From Myxococcota bacterium (GTDB taxonomy: Bacteria > Myxococcota_A > Polyangia > Nannocystales > Nannocystaceae), in assembly GCA_039028615.1 (NCBI GenBank), contig JBCCHT010000004.1, forward strand, positions 64,001 to 128,000: a stretch of 64,000 bases of DNA. Direction: 5' to 3'. A program made the translations under genes and the position numbers. A model generated the notes under the pieces. The model was not told the DNA's origin and searched no databases. It saw nothing but the letters and a program-made list of their open reading frames with translations. How positions within the stretch are numbered: the first letter of the stretch is position 1; each line of letters starts with the position of its first letter. Shown here piece after piece: positions 41,674 through 51,980 of the stretch.

Positions 41674-41705
41674 AAAAAGGGCGGCCGCGAGTGCGTCCGC
41701 CCTTT
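41674..41705 (-). terminator. Intrinsic terminator after paralog B
   Basis: Minus strand AAAGGGCGGACGC-ACTC-GCGGCCGCCCTTTTT, GC hairpin with T tract, 20 nt past the stop at 41726. Confidence 0.75.
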
Positions 41706-41725
41706 GTTCGGCCATCCGTCCCGCG

Positions 41726-44092
41726 TCAGCCTTCGACGGGAGGCGGCTTGAGGACCAACACGTCCTTGTTCTCGGTGGCCGTAGGCAATTTGTGCTCTTT
41801 GCCCTCCGAGTCATAGAGCGTGAGCGTGTACTGGAAGCTCCGACGATCGGGGTGCACGAGCCGGAAGCGCCAGGCCAGCGGCTTGTGGAACTCGGAGATG
41901 GTCATGGTGGTCTCCGCTCGCACTTCCGGCTCCTCTTCGTCCTGGAACTGGAGGTGCAAGGTGCCGAAGGTGAAGCGCCCCGGCGGGATGTTGAGCAGCG
42001 TGGGAATGACCTCGACGCGCACGCTGAACGGGTCACCCACCGTCAGGATGTTGGTGTCGGTCTTGCGCCACGCATCCTCGCGAACGACCCCGTCGGAGTA
42101 GACCGCCTTGACCTGGTACTCGTACTCGCGCCGCTGCGAGTCGACCAATGGCACGGCCCACCTCGCATTGTCACTCTCGCGTGACAAGGTGACGATCTCG
42201 TCGACCACGCGGTCGTCCTCGTACGTGTACTTCATCGCGACGAGCACCTGCGAGAGCAGGCCATCTTTGCCGAAGTTACCCGCCGGAACGATGATGACCT
42301 CGAGTTCGTCCTTGAGCGGAGAGTCGATGAGCAGCGTGCCACTCCGAGACTTCTGCTCCGGCAGCACGATGCGCTGATCGTCCTTGGTCCGCACCGTCAG
42401 CGTGTACGTGTAGGCCTGGTCGATCTTGTCACCGATGACCGCCGTCCACTCGTGGTTCTGGTTGTCCTCGTCGATCATGAACTGGGTCTCGTGCGCACTA
42501 CGGCCGCGGCCGTAGGCCATGTCGACCTGGATCTGCGCGATGCGATCCCAGTTGATGAGTCCCGCCTGGACGGCCACCTTGAGCACACCGAGCGAGTCGG
42601 TATCGAGCACCAGGATGGTCTCGTCGGTCGTGCCCTCGATGGTGTAGTTCTCGCTCGAGTCGCGGTAGAAGACCTCGATCTCGTAGTCGTAGGAGCGCTT
42701 CTTGACGTCGGCGAGATAGGTCAGGAAGTGCTTGGGGTTGGGGTCGTCGGCCCGGAACACGAAGTCCGCGACCTCGTTCTGGTTGCCCAGCTCGCCGGCC
42801 TCGTCGTAGTGCAGGTGCACCTTGACCAGGTCGACGGGGTCGCGGCTGAAGTCGGTGGTGCACAGCACCTCGACGTCGAGATACTTGTACCAGTCGTCCT
42901 CGAGCTCGACCTGAGCCCGGAACTCGGCCGGCTCGTGCCCGTCGAAGATGTTGGTGAGGTTGGCCTGCGGCCCCACCCTCCCCTCGAGCACCTTCTTCAT
43001 CTTGAAGGTGTGATTGAGGGTGGCGGACATGGACTGGTTCCAGTCCTTGAGCGAGTACTGGCTGATGCTGTCGCGGCCGTACTTCGTGTCGCCGTACTCG
43101 GGCAGGGACGTCTCGACCTCGGGGAGTTCCTCGGTCTCCGCCTGGACCGGCGTGTAGTCGAGAAACGCATCGGCCATGAACTCCGAGAGCATCGACTGCC
43201 CGGTGGTCATGAGCGTCTGCTCGGCGTCGGGATCGAGGGGAACACTGGGCGTGATCTTGACCCCCGAGAACTGGCTGGCCGAAGAGACCTCGCGCAGTAC
43301 GTCGCCCGCGCTCATCGACTGGTCGTGGCTATACGACACGGTGGTCGAGCTACCGCTGGTGCGACGGCTGAAGCTGGCGTTCTCTTGCAGGTCGTTCCAC
43401 TGCTCGTGGATCAGCGAATGGGTCTTCCGCGCATAGCACCACACCCGCATCTCGACCGCGTCGAGGCGGTGATGGAAGAGCAGATCGTAGTTGACCAAAA
43501 CGGCCGTCAGGTCGCGCTCGAAGGCCTCCCACAGCAAAACGGCGCCATCTTGGGTCAGCTTGGCCTGGAACGCGGCGCGCTGGTTGCCCGTCATGCTGGC
43601 CTTGCTCGAGCCCACCAGGCTGGCGACGAACTCGCCCTGGGTGTCCTCGTTCTCCGAGGACTCGCCGAGGATGCCGATGTTGACCGCCCCGTCGAGCACG
43701 GGGAGCCCGGTGAGCTTGAGGGCCTTGGCCAGCTCCTTGGGGTCCTCTTCGGCCTCGTCGATCCACCACTTGCGGGTCTTGTGGCTACGAGCCAGGCGCT
43801 TGTGCAGCACGGGGTCCTCGGACACCGTCTTGCGGATCTCGAGTTCCTGCTCGTCCGTCATGGTGAGCTCGACGGTCAACGACAAGATGCCGCCGCCGAG
43901 CTTGGTCTTGCGCTCTTCTTCCGTCAGCTCGCTGACGTCGCGCCGGTACCAAATCAAGGAGATGAGAGGTTTGCCGTCCGCGTCCTTCGCTACGGTGGGC
44001 GTGCCCGTCACCGTATAAAGGGTGAGCGGGTCCACATCGTCGGGATAGACGTTGCAATCGGCGATCGTTCGGAAGCCGGTCAGGGTGAGCAT
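41726..44092 (-). CDS. Uncharacterised paralog-family protein B (788 aa)
   Basis: ATG 44092 after GAGGG; MLTLTGFRTIADCNVYPDD, SLIWYRRD, GGGILSL, LTQDGAVL, repeated YxYxxxxxxxDG domains. Confidence 0.9.
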   Translation of the reverse strand: MLTLTGFRTIADCNVYPDDVDPLTLYTVTGTPTVAKDADGKPLISLIWYRRDVSELTEEERKTKLGGGILSLTVELTMTDEQELEIRKTVSEDPVLHKRLARSHKTRKWWIDEAEEDPKELAKALKLTGLPVLDGAVNIGILGESSENEDTQGEFVASLVGSSKASMTGNQRAAFQAKLTQDGAVLLWEAFERDLTAVLVNYDLLFHHRLDAVEMRVWCYARKTHSLIHEQWNDLQENASFSRRTSGSSTTVSYSHDQSMSAGDVLREVSSASQFSGVKITPSVPLDPDAEQTLMTTGQSMLSEFMADAFLDYTPVQAETEELPEVETSLPEYGDTKYGRDSISQYSLKDWNQSMSATLNHTFKMKKVLEGRVGPQANLTNIFDGHEPAEFRAQVELEDDWYKYLDVEVLCTTDFSRDPVDLVKVHLHYDEAGELGNQNEVADFVFRADDPNPKHFLTYLADVKKRSYDYEIEVFYRDSSENYTIEGTTDETILVLDTDSLGVLKVAVQAGLINWDRIAQIQVDMAYGRGRSAHETQFMIDEDNQNHEWTAVIGDKIDQAYTYTLTVRTKDDQRIVLPEQKSRSGTLLIDSPLKDELEVIIVPAGNFGKDGLLSQVLVAMKYTYEDDRVVDEIVTLSRESDNARWAVPLVDSQRREYEYQVKAVYSDGVVREDAWRKTDTNILTVGDPFSVRVEVIPTLLNIPPGRFTFGTLHLQFQDEEEPEVRAETTMTISEFHKPLAWRFRLVHPDRRSFQYTLTLYDSEGKEHKLPTATENKDVLVLKPPPVEG

Positions 44093-44179
44093 TGCGCCCT
44101 CTTGCTGGTTGTCGCGCGGAGTCGACCCTAGGCCAACCCGCGATTGGGGACTCCACCCTGTCACGGGGGGAGATGCGGA

Positions 44180-44938
44180 TCAAGCGACAGTTGCCGCCCT
44201 CTCATACGACCACGGCGTCCTCAAACTGACAGCCCTCCACGATCGATGCGTGGAGTCGACCCCCCACGCCAAAAAATCGAACCAGCTTCCGCCCTGTCGG
44301 GGTCCCAAACTACGTACGGCCGCAAGTGCACGCTCGAACGCGTCGCGTTCGGTCGCGGGCAAGGACGCGCTCCACCCTTCGCGAATCTCGTCGTCGGGTG
44401 GCAGTGCGGTGTGATCGGCATAGGCGGTGAGGCTCGTGCCCCCCGACTTCTCGGTGCGCAGGCTGATTCCCAGGTATCCGCGATGCCCGACCGGTCGAAC
44501 TTCGGGGCGCGGCAACGTAAGGCTCAATGAACGCTCACCGGCCTCGTGCAAGGCCTCCCAGGTCGGCTGGCCGGCCCAATGCCCGTACACCTCGGGCTCC
44601 GGCCACAATGCGGCCATCAGCGGTCGCAAATGGGGCCGCAAGTCGGCCGGAACGTCGACCTCTTCGGGAATGCGAGCCATGCGATGATAGCCCCGCACCG
44701 TCACCTCCCCCTGCACATTCAGCCGAACACCGATGGTGTCCGGGGGACCCCACGGGTGATCATCCAAGCCCAAGGCTCGCGCCAGCTCGCGCCGGTGTTT
44801 CGGTGCCGCGAATGTGATGCGCGGCAACACGACCGACGCCGGACAACCCACCACCACCTCGAATGGAATCGCGCCCACTTCGAGGGCCCGCAGGCAGGCA
44901 CTCAACAGCCGGTTTCGCGGCTCCACCTCTTCCACCAA
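44180..44938 (-). CDS. Hypothetical protein between paralogs B and C
   Basis: Frame open 44180..45082 with protein-like composition; the true start probably lies below 45040 to avoid overlapping gene C; weaker GC3 bias than neighbours. Confidence 0.55.
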   Translation of the reverse strand: MVEEVEPRNRLLSACLRALEVGAIPFEVVVGCPASVVLPRITFAAPKHRRELARALGLDDHPWGPPDTIGVRLNVQGEVTVRGYHRMARIPEEVDVPADLRPHLRPLMAALWPEPEVYGHWAGQPTWEALHEAGERSLSLTLPRPEVRPVGHRGYLGISLRTEKSGGTSLTAYADHTALPPDDEIREGWSASLPATERDAFERALAAVRSLGPRQGGSWFDFLAWGVDSTHRSWRAVSLRTPWSYERAATVA

Positions 44939-45041
44939 GCATTGAAGTAGCAGCTCGCATGCGGTATCTCGAAGCTCGCTTTGTGCCGCGCCATTCGTTG
45001 GGCGCGAAGGCGAGTTTGTTGCTTCATCCAAGGGAACCTCG

Positions 45042-47291
45042 ATGCTCACACTTGTCCGCTCATTGATGATCGAAGGGTACACCGTTTTCCGAGACGACGC
45101 CGTTCCGCACCGGTTCTACGTGATGCCGAGCGACCCAACGATCGCGCGTGACGAAGACGGTGTCCCCATCTTCTCCCTCATCGTCTATCGCCACGACGAA
45201 GACCGCATCGCGCCCGAAGACCTCGAAGAAGATGTCGGCGGCGGCATCCTGACCTTCACCACCGAGCTCGCCGTCCCCGAGGGGGACTTCAAGAAGATCC
45301 GCAGCAAGCTCCGTGGTCTGGTCTACGGCGAGGACGCGGACGAGAGCGAGAACGACGTCGAGCTGACCTACGTCACCTTCACCAAGGGGCGGGTCCAGCT
45401 GGCCATCGCGGGTGAGCACCTGCGAGGCGACGACGAGGGCGAGAACAACGAGTTCCTCCGCACCATCGTCGGCGACGGCAAGGTCAGCGGCATCGGGGCC
45501 AACCGCAAGGCCATCATGGCCAAGCTGAGCCAGTCGGGCGCTGCCCTCATGTCTCAGCTCGACAGGCTCCGCACGTTGCCCATCAACGTCGAGTACGCCC
45601 TCGAGTTCGAGCACCGCCTCATGGGCGTCAAGATGCGCGTGTGGTGCAACATGGAGTCCTCCTACACCCTGGTACGGGAGCTGGAGGCCTACACCGAGAA
45701 GGAAGAGCGCTACGCCGACTCCGACAAGTACCACCGGCGCAGCCGCATCAAAGAGGTCACCGAGGAGTTCACCCGCAACAAGACCTGCGGCGTCGAGGTC
45801 ACGCCGCTGTCCTCCGAGATCGACAACGACACCTTGCTCGCCATGGAGAAGTTCGGCTTCGACATGCTCCAGCGCGAGATGGAGAAGATGCTCGACGCCC
45901 GCCCCGTCGACAACAACCTCCTCGAGGACACCTGGCTCTCGGACTACGTCTCGAGTTCCACCAACGACTTCAACTTCGAGCTCGACCGCAAGATGGTGCT
46001 GGCCCGCGATCACATCGCCTCGGCCAACATCCAAAACGTCATGCGCGACGTGCCCGACGAGATGATCACCTTCGTCGATCTGCGCACGGACTTCTTCAGC
46101 TTCCTGAAGGTCCCCGTGCGGGTCAACGCGAACTTCGAAGACCTGCCCATCGACTCGGTCACCGTCCACCTCACCTACACGCGCGAGCGCTTCGAGGGTG
46201 GCGGGCGCGAGGAGATCAACGAGAGCTTCAACTTCACCGACGGCTCCACGATCCAGACCTTCCTGACCTTCGCCAATCGGCTCGCCGACGTCGACTACAC
46301 GTGGTCGGCCGACGTGCACTACACCGACTCGCCCGAGACCTACACCATCACGCCCAAGAGCACGAGCCAGACCTTCCTGGTGGTCGACGTGGCCGACCTC
46401 GGGCTGCTCGACGTCGACCTCGGCCTCGGCCTGGTCGACCTCAAGACCTACCCCCGGGCCAAGGTCACCCTGCGCTACCGCTCCGAGGCACTCGGTCAGG
46501 ACTTCGAGAGCGAGATCATCCTCTCCGAGGAACGTCAGACCGCTCAGTGGACCGAGATGATCCGCGAGGTCCCGGGCGAGTACGAGGTCAAGGTCGACTG
46601 GCTGCGTGACAACGACGACATCCTCGAGGGCGAGTTCCGCAAGACCAAGGCCGACCGCCTGCGCTTCGATGCGCCCACCGAAGACACCATGAAGGTCACC
46701 GTGGTGCCCAGTGGTGACTTCAAGAAGGAAGTCACCCACGTGCTCGCGACCCTGCGCTACGAGGACAAGACCGACCCGGACAACCCCTACACCAAGGAGG
46801 AGGCCTTCGACTTCACCGACGACAAGCAGGTGCTGACCTGGTCGGTCCCCATGCGCAACTCCGAAGTGCGCGACTACACCTACCGCTACTCGGTGGTGTT
46901 CAAGGACGGCGTCGTCGAGAACGTGCCCGAAGACCCCACCCAGTGGCTCCCCGGCGAGCCCGGCTTCGTGGTGGTGGGCATCAAGTACGACGTCGAGGTC
47001 GACATCCACCCCTTCCTGCTCAGCTTCCCCGACCACGCCAAGGTGGTGAAGGTCGACCTGGGCGTGGGCGACGAGACCGACAGCTACGTCTTCAACAAGG
47101 ACGCCAAGACCACGGTCACTTGGCGGGTCCGTACGGGTACCGGGCCCGAGCCCTACTGGATGCAGGTCACCGCCTACTCCGCCACGGGCGAGACCACGGT
47201 CGGGCCCAAGCTCACCGAGCAGGTCAGCGAGTCCGTGGTGCTCAAGCCCGTCCCCGCGCCGCCGGCCGAACCGGCCGACGACGGCGAGTAG
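45042..47291 (+). CDS. Uncharacterised paralog-family protein C (749 aa)
   Basis: AAGGGA RBS; VFRDDAVPHRFYVMPSDP, SLIVYRHD, GGGILTF, PINVEYALEF, TDFF. Confidence 0.9.
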   Translation: MLTLVRSLMIEGYTVFRDDAVPHRFYVMPSDPTIARDEDGVPIFSLIVYRHDEDRIAPEDLEEDVGGGILTFTTELAVPEGDFKKIRSKLRGLVYGEDADESENDVELTYVTFTKGRVQLAIAGEHLRGDDEGENNEFLRTIVGDGKVSGIGANRKAIMAKLSQSGAALMSQLDRLRTLPINVEYALEFEHRLMGVKMRVWCNMESSYTLVRELEAYTEKEERYADSDKYHRRSRIKEVTEEFTRNKTCGVEVTPLSSEIDNDTLLAMEKFGFDMLQREMEKMLDARPVDNNLLEDTWLSDYVSSSTNDFNFELDRKMVLARDHIASANIQNVMRDVPDEMITFVDLRTDFFSFLKVPVRVNANFEDLPIDSVTVHLTYTRERFEGGGREEINESFNFTDGSTIQTFLTFANRLADVDYTWSADVHYTDSPETYTITPKSTSQTFLVVDVADLGLLDVDLGLGLVDLKTYPRAKVTLRYRSEALGQDFESEIILSEERQTAQWTEMIREVPGEYEVKVDWLRDNDDILEGEFRKTKADRLRFDAPTEDTMKVTVVPSGDFKKEVTHVLATLRYEDKTDPDNPYTKEEAFDFTDDKQVLTWSVPMRNSEVRDYTYRYSVVFKDGVVENVPEDPTQWLPGEPGFVVVGIKYDVEVDIHPFLLSFPDHAKVVKVDLGVGDETDSYVFNKDAKTTVTWRVRTGTGPEPYWMQVTAYSATGETTVGPKLTEQVSESVVLKPVPAPPAEPADDGE

Positions 47292-47294
47292 GCC

Positions 47295-49436
47295 ATGCTC
47301 GACCTCTCCCATCCCGTGCGTCGGATGGCCGGGGTCGACCTGGCCCAGGACACCTCGCTCCGCGACACCTGGTACATCCTGCCCGCACCGCCCTCGGTGG
47401 TGCGGGTGGATGGCGTGCCGCAGGTTCGGCTGCTGAAGATCGTCCGCGATGGCGAGCTGAGCCAGGGTGACCTGCACCTGCGGGTCTCGCTGGCGTGGCC
47501 CTCCGCGGCGCTCGAGGAGGCCAAGACCCTGCTCTCCGAGGAGGCGCACCGCGAGGTCACCCTACTGCCGCTGCCCGTAGTCGCAGCCGAGACCGAGGTC
47601 ATCTTCGCCGGCCGCGAGCCGGTCGACGATGGCGAGATTTCCCCCTTCGAGGTCCGCCGCTACGGCCAGACGCAGCCGCGACTCGATGCCCCCCACGTGG
47701 CCGCGCTGTCGACCACCCTCACCGCCGACGGCACCCGGCTCTTCGACGCCGCGCTGCGCGAGGGCGGTGCCCCCATCGGGGTGACCTACCGGCTGCAGAC
47801 CGAGGCGCTGCGGCCCGGCATGCAGCTGGCCGCCCGGGTCGACTGGGGCCGAACCTACGACCACTTCTCGTCGCATACCCGCACGGGAGGCTTCGTCTAC
47901 ACCGAAGACGTCCGCGAGCTAGTCGAGGAACTCGTCGAGAACAAGGTCGTGCAGATCACCGCGGTGACCGCCCTGGGCGAAGATGGCGAGGCCGGCACCG
48001 AGGCGCTCAATACCGCCTTGGCGTGGGTCCAGCGACAAGTGGTCGAGCGCTTCTGTACCCCGGTCATGGAGCTGCGGCGCGAGCCGGCTCGGGTCTCGCT
48101 GGGCACGGTGGGCGAAATCTTCAAGGTCGGGCACGCCCACAAGGTCAAGAAGCTCACCCAGATCGAGCATGCGGTGGCCGAGATGCGGCTCGACGTCGCC
48201 ACCGTGGTCAAGCGGACGTTGTTGACCCAGACGCACCTCGCCGACCTGCTCGGGGACGTGAACGTCGACGAACACATCGAGCAGGCCGAGCCCGACCATC
48301 CCTTCTTCAAGCGCTTCGACCTGCGGGTTCGCACCGCGCGGGCGCTCAGCGACCTGGGCGCCACCGAGTTCGCCGGCGAGTGGCACTACGGCGATCGCCA
48401 GGTGCCCCTGCGGCTGACCGCCGAGGAACCCGAGGCCGAGGTCTCCACCTGGCGCGACGAGTCGGACGAGGCCAAGTGGGCGCTGGTCGGCCAGGTCACC
48501 TTCGGCGACGAGGCAGCCGTGCACGCCACCGAGTCGGTCACCCTGCCCCCCATCGAGGCCGAGGGGCACGAGCTCACCGTCGACCTGGCCGCGCTGCTGG
48601 GCCTGCACACCCTCGAGGTGACCACGACCCTCGATCCCGAGCGGGTGCTCGCCACTCGGGCCCGGGTCCAGCACATGCGGGGCGAGGATGTTCAGGGCGA
48701 GCGCGAGCTGGTGTTCACCTCCGAAGACCGGGCCACCGCCACCTTCGCCGGGGTCCAGATGGGCGATCGTTTCGAGGCCAGCTGGAGCTGGCTGCTCGCC
48801 TCGGGCCGCATGCTCGAGGCCTCCCCCGTCACCGTCGACACGCGGCTGCTGCGAATCCCTCGCCCCTTCGCCGAGCGCTTCACCGTGCAGCTCATCAGCG
48901 CCGACGACTGGACCGACCTCGAGCGGCTGATCGTGCACGTCAGCAAGACGGTGGATGGGCCCGGACACACCGTCATCTTCGACGGACCGGGGCAGTTCCG
49001 CGCCGTGGCTCTCGACCTGCCCGACCCCTCCGATCGCAGCTTCCAGTACCGCGTGCAGCGGGTGTGGAGCGACGGACGCGAACAGGAAGATCAGTTCGTC
49101 CAGACCGATGTTCCCGTGGTGCTGGTCGGCGGCACGCCCATCGACCGCCTGGTCGTCGATTTCGAGCCCCTGGGCTCGGAGCTGACCACGGCGGGCATCC
49201 ACATGGTGAAGATCGAGCTGATGTACATCGACGTCGCCAATCAGCTGCGGCACCAGGGCGAGCTGGAGATTCGGGCCATCGCCGACCGGCCCCGTTGGGA
49301 CGTGCAGCTGGCCGACCCCACCCGGCGCAACTACGAGTACCGCATCACCACCTACCGGCAGTCCGGTGAGGTCCAGGTCGGCGAGTGGAAAGAGACGGCC
49401 GAGAGGCTCGTCGTGGTGCCCATCGTGCCGGAGTAG
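47295..49436 (+). CDS. Uncharacterised paralog-family protein D (713 aa)
   Basis: 3 nt after C; WYILPAPP, LTADGTRL, PIGVTYRLQTEALRP, HPFF. Confidence 0.9.
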   Translation: MLDLSHPVRRMAGVDLAQDTSLRDTWYILPAPPSVVRVDGVPQVRLLKIVRDGELSQGDLHLRVSLAWPSAALEEAKTLLSEEAHREVTLLPLPVVAAETEVIFAGREPVDDGEISPFEVRRYGQTQPRLDAPHVAALSTTLTADGTRLFDAALREGGAPIGVTYRLQTEALRPGMQLAARVDWGRTYDHFSSHTRTGGFVYTEDVRELVEELVENKVVQITAVTALGEDGEAGTEALNTALAWVQRQVVERFCTPVMELRREPARVSLGTVGEIFKVGHAHKVKKLTQIEHAVAEMRLDVATVVKRTLLTQTHLADLLGDVNVDEHIEQAEPDHPFFKRFDLRVRTARALSDLGATEFAGEWHYGDRQVPLRLTAEEPEAEVSTWRDESDEAKWALVGQVTFGDEAAVHATESVTLPPIEAEGHELTVDLAALLGLHTLEVTTTLDPERVLATRARVQHMRGEDVQGERELVFTSEDRATATFAGVQMGDRFEASWSWLLASGRMLEASPVTVDTRLLRIPRPFAERFTVQLISADDWTDLERLIVHVSKTVDGPGHTVIFDGPGQFRAVALDLPDPSDRSFQYRVQRVWSDGREQEDQFVQTDVPVVLVGGTPIDRLVVDFEPLGSELTTAGIHMVKIELMYIDVANQLRHQGELEIRAIADRPRWDVQLADPTRRNYEYRITTYRQSGEVQVGEWKETAERLVVVPIVPE

Positions 49437-49552
49437 GCCGGCACTCACGGGGGCCGGTTCCCCCCGCATCGAAACGCCGGCTTGAGGTACCATCGACGCT
49501 GCCCCCAAACCGGCGCTCTTGTCAGACGGGCTCGTCGAAACCCGTAACAATC

Positions 49553-49568
49553 TGGCAGCGCCACTGCC
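49553..49568 (+). promoter_or_regulatory. Sigma-54 promoter candidate upstream of paralog E
   Basis: TGGCAGC-GCCA-CTGCC (GG-N10-GC) in the 188-bp gap between D and E. Confidence 0.4.
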
Positions 49569-49624
49569 CGTGGCGTGGTCGCTTCACGCCCGCACATCGC
49601 TCGGACACGAGCCCAAGGGAACCG

Positions 49625-51967
49625 ATGCTCAATCTACTGGACCGTCAGACCATCGAGGACCTCACCGTCTACCGCGACGACCAGGACGTTCGGAAGTTCT
49701 ACGCACTGCCCGATACGCCCACCATCGACAAAGATCGTCAGGGACGCCCGAGCTTCCTGTTCGTCAAGTACGTCGATGACCGCCGCAACGTCGCCGAGGA
49801 AGACGAGAAGAACGGCGCCTACACCCAGATGCGCGCCACCCTGGGCATCGACGCGGAGCGGACCGAGCGGGTCATGAACCACCTGCGCGAGCAGCTGGTC
49901 GAAGAAAAGCGCAAGGGCATCAAACCCTTCGGCAAGAAGATCCAGAGCACCGAGCCCCTGCTCGCGCGGCCCGACTGGACCGAGGGCGCCGTGACGCTGT
50001 CGACCTTCTCCGCCAGCGAGGACGGCATGGTGCGCTCGGTGGCGGGCAGCCAAAAGCCCGACCTCTCGGGCGACCTGGGGGCCGCGTTCGCCCTCGAGCT
50101 CGACCCGGCCGGCGCCGCGATCTTCTGGGACGCCTTCGAGTCCGGCAACGTGCCGATCGTCCTGTCCTACGAGCTCACCTACAAGGCGCGGGTCCCTGCC
50201 GCCAAGATGGTCATTCACGCCGAGCGCGAGAAGGTCCAGGAGGCGATCTACACCCATACCCGCCCCTACGTGTTCAAGCCCGCCCGCAAGCGCTACGTGG
50301 CCCTGGCGCGGCAAGTGATCAACCGCGGCGTCATGGCCACGCTGCGGCAGACCCACGGCAAGCTGCTCAAGTTCATGGTGCCGCGCAAGCAGATCAAGAC
50401 TGCGGTCACCAACACCATCGACGTGAAGATCACCTTCGGCGAGGGCGGAGGCGACACCGAGGTCCGCGAGAAGCTGATGGAGATCGCCAGCGATATGCTG
50501 TCGAACAACATCATTCCCGCCTTCTTCGCCGGCAACCAGGTCCTCGACCAGATCACCGACGTCGAGGAGGGCGAGGACCTGCTCGAGCTCAAGGACGACA
50601 TCGAAGAGTCGCTCGAGCCCTTCCACATCGAGCTGTCCGAGGAGGTCGCGGTCGACCGCAACTCCAACCCCAGCGGCATCATCCAGATGCTGCTCACCGA
50701 AGAAGAGCGCCAGCTCGCGTTCCGCGAGGTCCCGCTCTCCGACCCCTTCTTCGAGCAGCTCGACGTCACCACCCGCACCGCCGGGGTCCAGTTCGAGCGC
50801 GATGGCATCGACTCGATCCACGTGTTCCTCGAGTACGACCACACCGACGCCAAGACGGGCGAGCGGGTGTTCTTCAACGACGACGCCGTGCTCACGGGCG
50901 ACGACGAGGAGCTCACCTTCCACGTCGAGCGACTCGCCCGCGACGCCGACGGCAACGCGATCACCCACTATCGCATCCGCACCGAGATCCACTACCGCGT
51001 CGACTTGCCCAAGAGCGTCGGTCGCTGGGTCAAGCAGCAGCAGCGCCAGGTCATCGTCGCGCCGCGGGCCCTCGGCGCCATCCGGGTGGAGCTCAAGCTC
51101 ACCGCCCGGCCCGAGACGGTCGAGGCGGCCGAGGTGCACCTGGCCTATCGCTCGGGCGCCGGTCAGGTCATCGAGCGCACCATCACGCTGACCGGCGACG
51201 AGCCCAACCAGTCGTGGTTCCAGTTCACGGGCGACTTCGAGGAGCAGGGCATCGAGCCCACCTACCGCTACCGGGTCACGTGGATCCTGCCCGGCGGTGC
51301 CCGCCTCGAGAGCGAGACCCGGGCCGAGACCCGCGACGTGCTCGAGATCGGCAGCCCCTTCACCACCCCGCTCGAGTTCACCGTGCGCCCCGAGGGCAGC
51401 ATGGAAGGCGTCGCCGAGATCGCGGGCGAGCTGCACTACCACGACACCCGCCACGACTACAGCATCGTGCGCAGCTTCAGCCTGACCAAGCTCTCCTCCG
51501 AGGAGGTGGTCAACGTCCCCGCCATCGAGGGAGGCCCTCGCACTGCCACCGTCGAGGGGCGCATCGTCTACGAGGACGGCGCCCACGACGAGCTCACGGC
51601 GCGAGAGGTCGAGCCGGGCACCGTATGGCTCGGCGTGTCGGTGCGGCAGTGGCTGACGATCTACGTGCAGCCCTTCGAGGCCGACTTCGAAAACGACCTC
51701 CGCATCGCGGCGCTGCTCATCACCTATACGCACGCCGACGGTCGGGTCGAGCGCAGCCCACCGCTCAACTTCCTCAAGAACGGCCCCAACCCGACCATGG
51801 ACACCACCGAGTGGAAGGTCGCACTGTCCGAGGGAGACCCGCAGACCTTCTCATACACGGTGCGCTACATCGGCTACGACGGCCGCAGCGACAACGTCGC
51901 CCACGACGACGTGTCCGACACCATGATCTGGCTCAAGCGCCCTGCCGCGCCCGACTCCCCCACCTGA
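49625..51967 (+). CDS. Uncharacterised paralog-family protein E (780 aa)
   Basis: AAGGGA RBS, ATG 49625; VYRDD..KFYALPDTP, FLFVKY, LDPAGAAIF, PIVLSYELTY, DPFF. Confidence 0.9.
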   Translation: MLNLLDRQTIEDLTVYRDDQDVRKFYALPDTPTIDKDRQGRPSFLFVKYVDDRRNVAEEDEKNGAYTQMRATLGIDAERTERVMNHLREQLVEEKRKGIKPFGKKIQSTEPLLARPDWTEGAVTLSTFSASEDGMVRSVAGSQKPDLSGDLGAAFALELDPAGAAIFWDAFESGNVPIVLSYELTYKARVPAAKMVIHAEREKVQEAIYTHTRPYVFKPARKRYVALARQVINRGVMATLRQTHGKLLKFMVPRKQIKTAVTNTIDVKITFGEGGGDTEVREKLMEIASDMLSNNIIPAFFAGNQVLDQITDVEEGEDLLELKDDIEESLEPFHIELSEEVAVDRNSNPSGIIQMLLTEEERQLAFREVPLSDPFFEQLDVTTRTAGVQFERDGIDSIHVFLEYDHTDAKTGERVFFNDDAVLTGDDEELTFHVERLARDADGNAITHYRIRTEIHYRVDLPKSVGRWVKQQQRQVIVAPRALGAIRVELKLTARPETVEAAEVHLAYRSGAGQVIERTITLTGDEPNQSWFQFTGDFEEQGIEPTYRYRVTWILPGGARLESETRAETRDVLEIGSPFTTPLEFTVRPEGSMEGVAEIAGELHYHDTRHDYSIVRSFSLTKLSSEEVVNVPAIEGGPRTATVEGRIVYEDGAHDELTAREVEPGTVWLGVSVRQWLTIYVQPFEADFENDLRIAALLITYTHADGRVERSPPLNFLKNGPNPTMDTTEWKVALSEGDPQTFSYTVRYIGYDGRSDNVAHDDVSDTMIWLKRPAAPDSPT

Positions 51968-51980
51968 AAGACGAAACGCC

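Noticed and set aside
45008..45023. AGGCGAG-TTTG-TTGCT, a sigma-54-like element before gene C
   Set aside because: The implied start site (about 45034) falls inside C's RBS; possible but not supportable.
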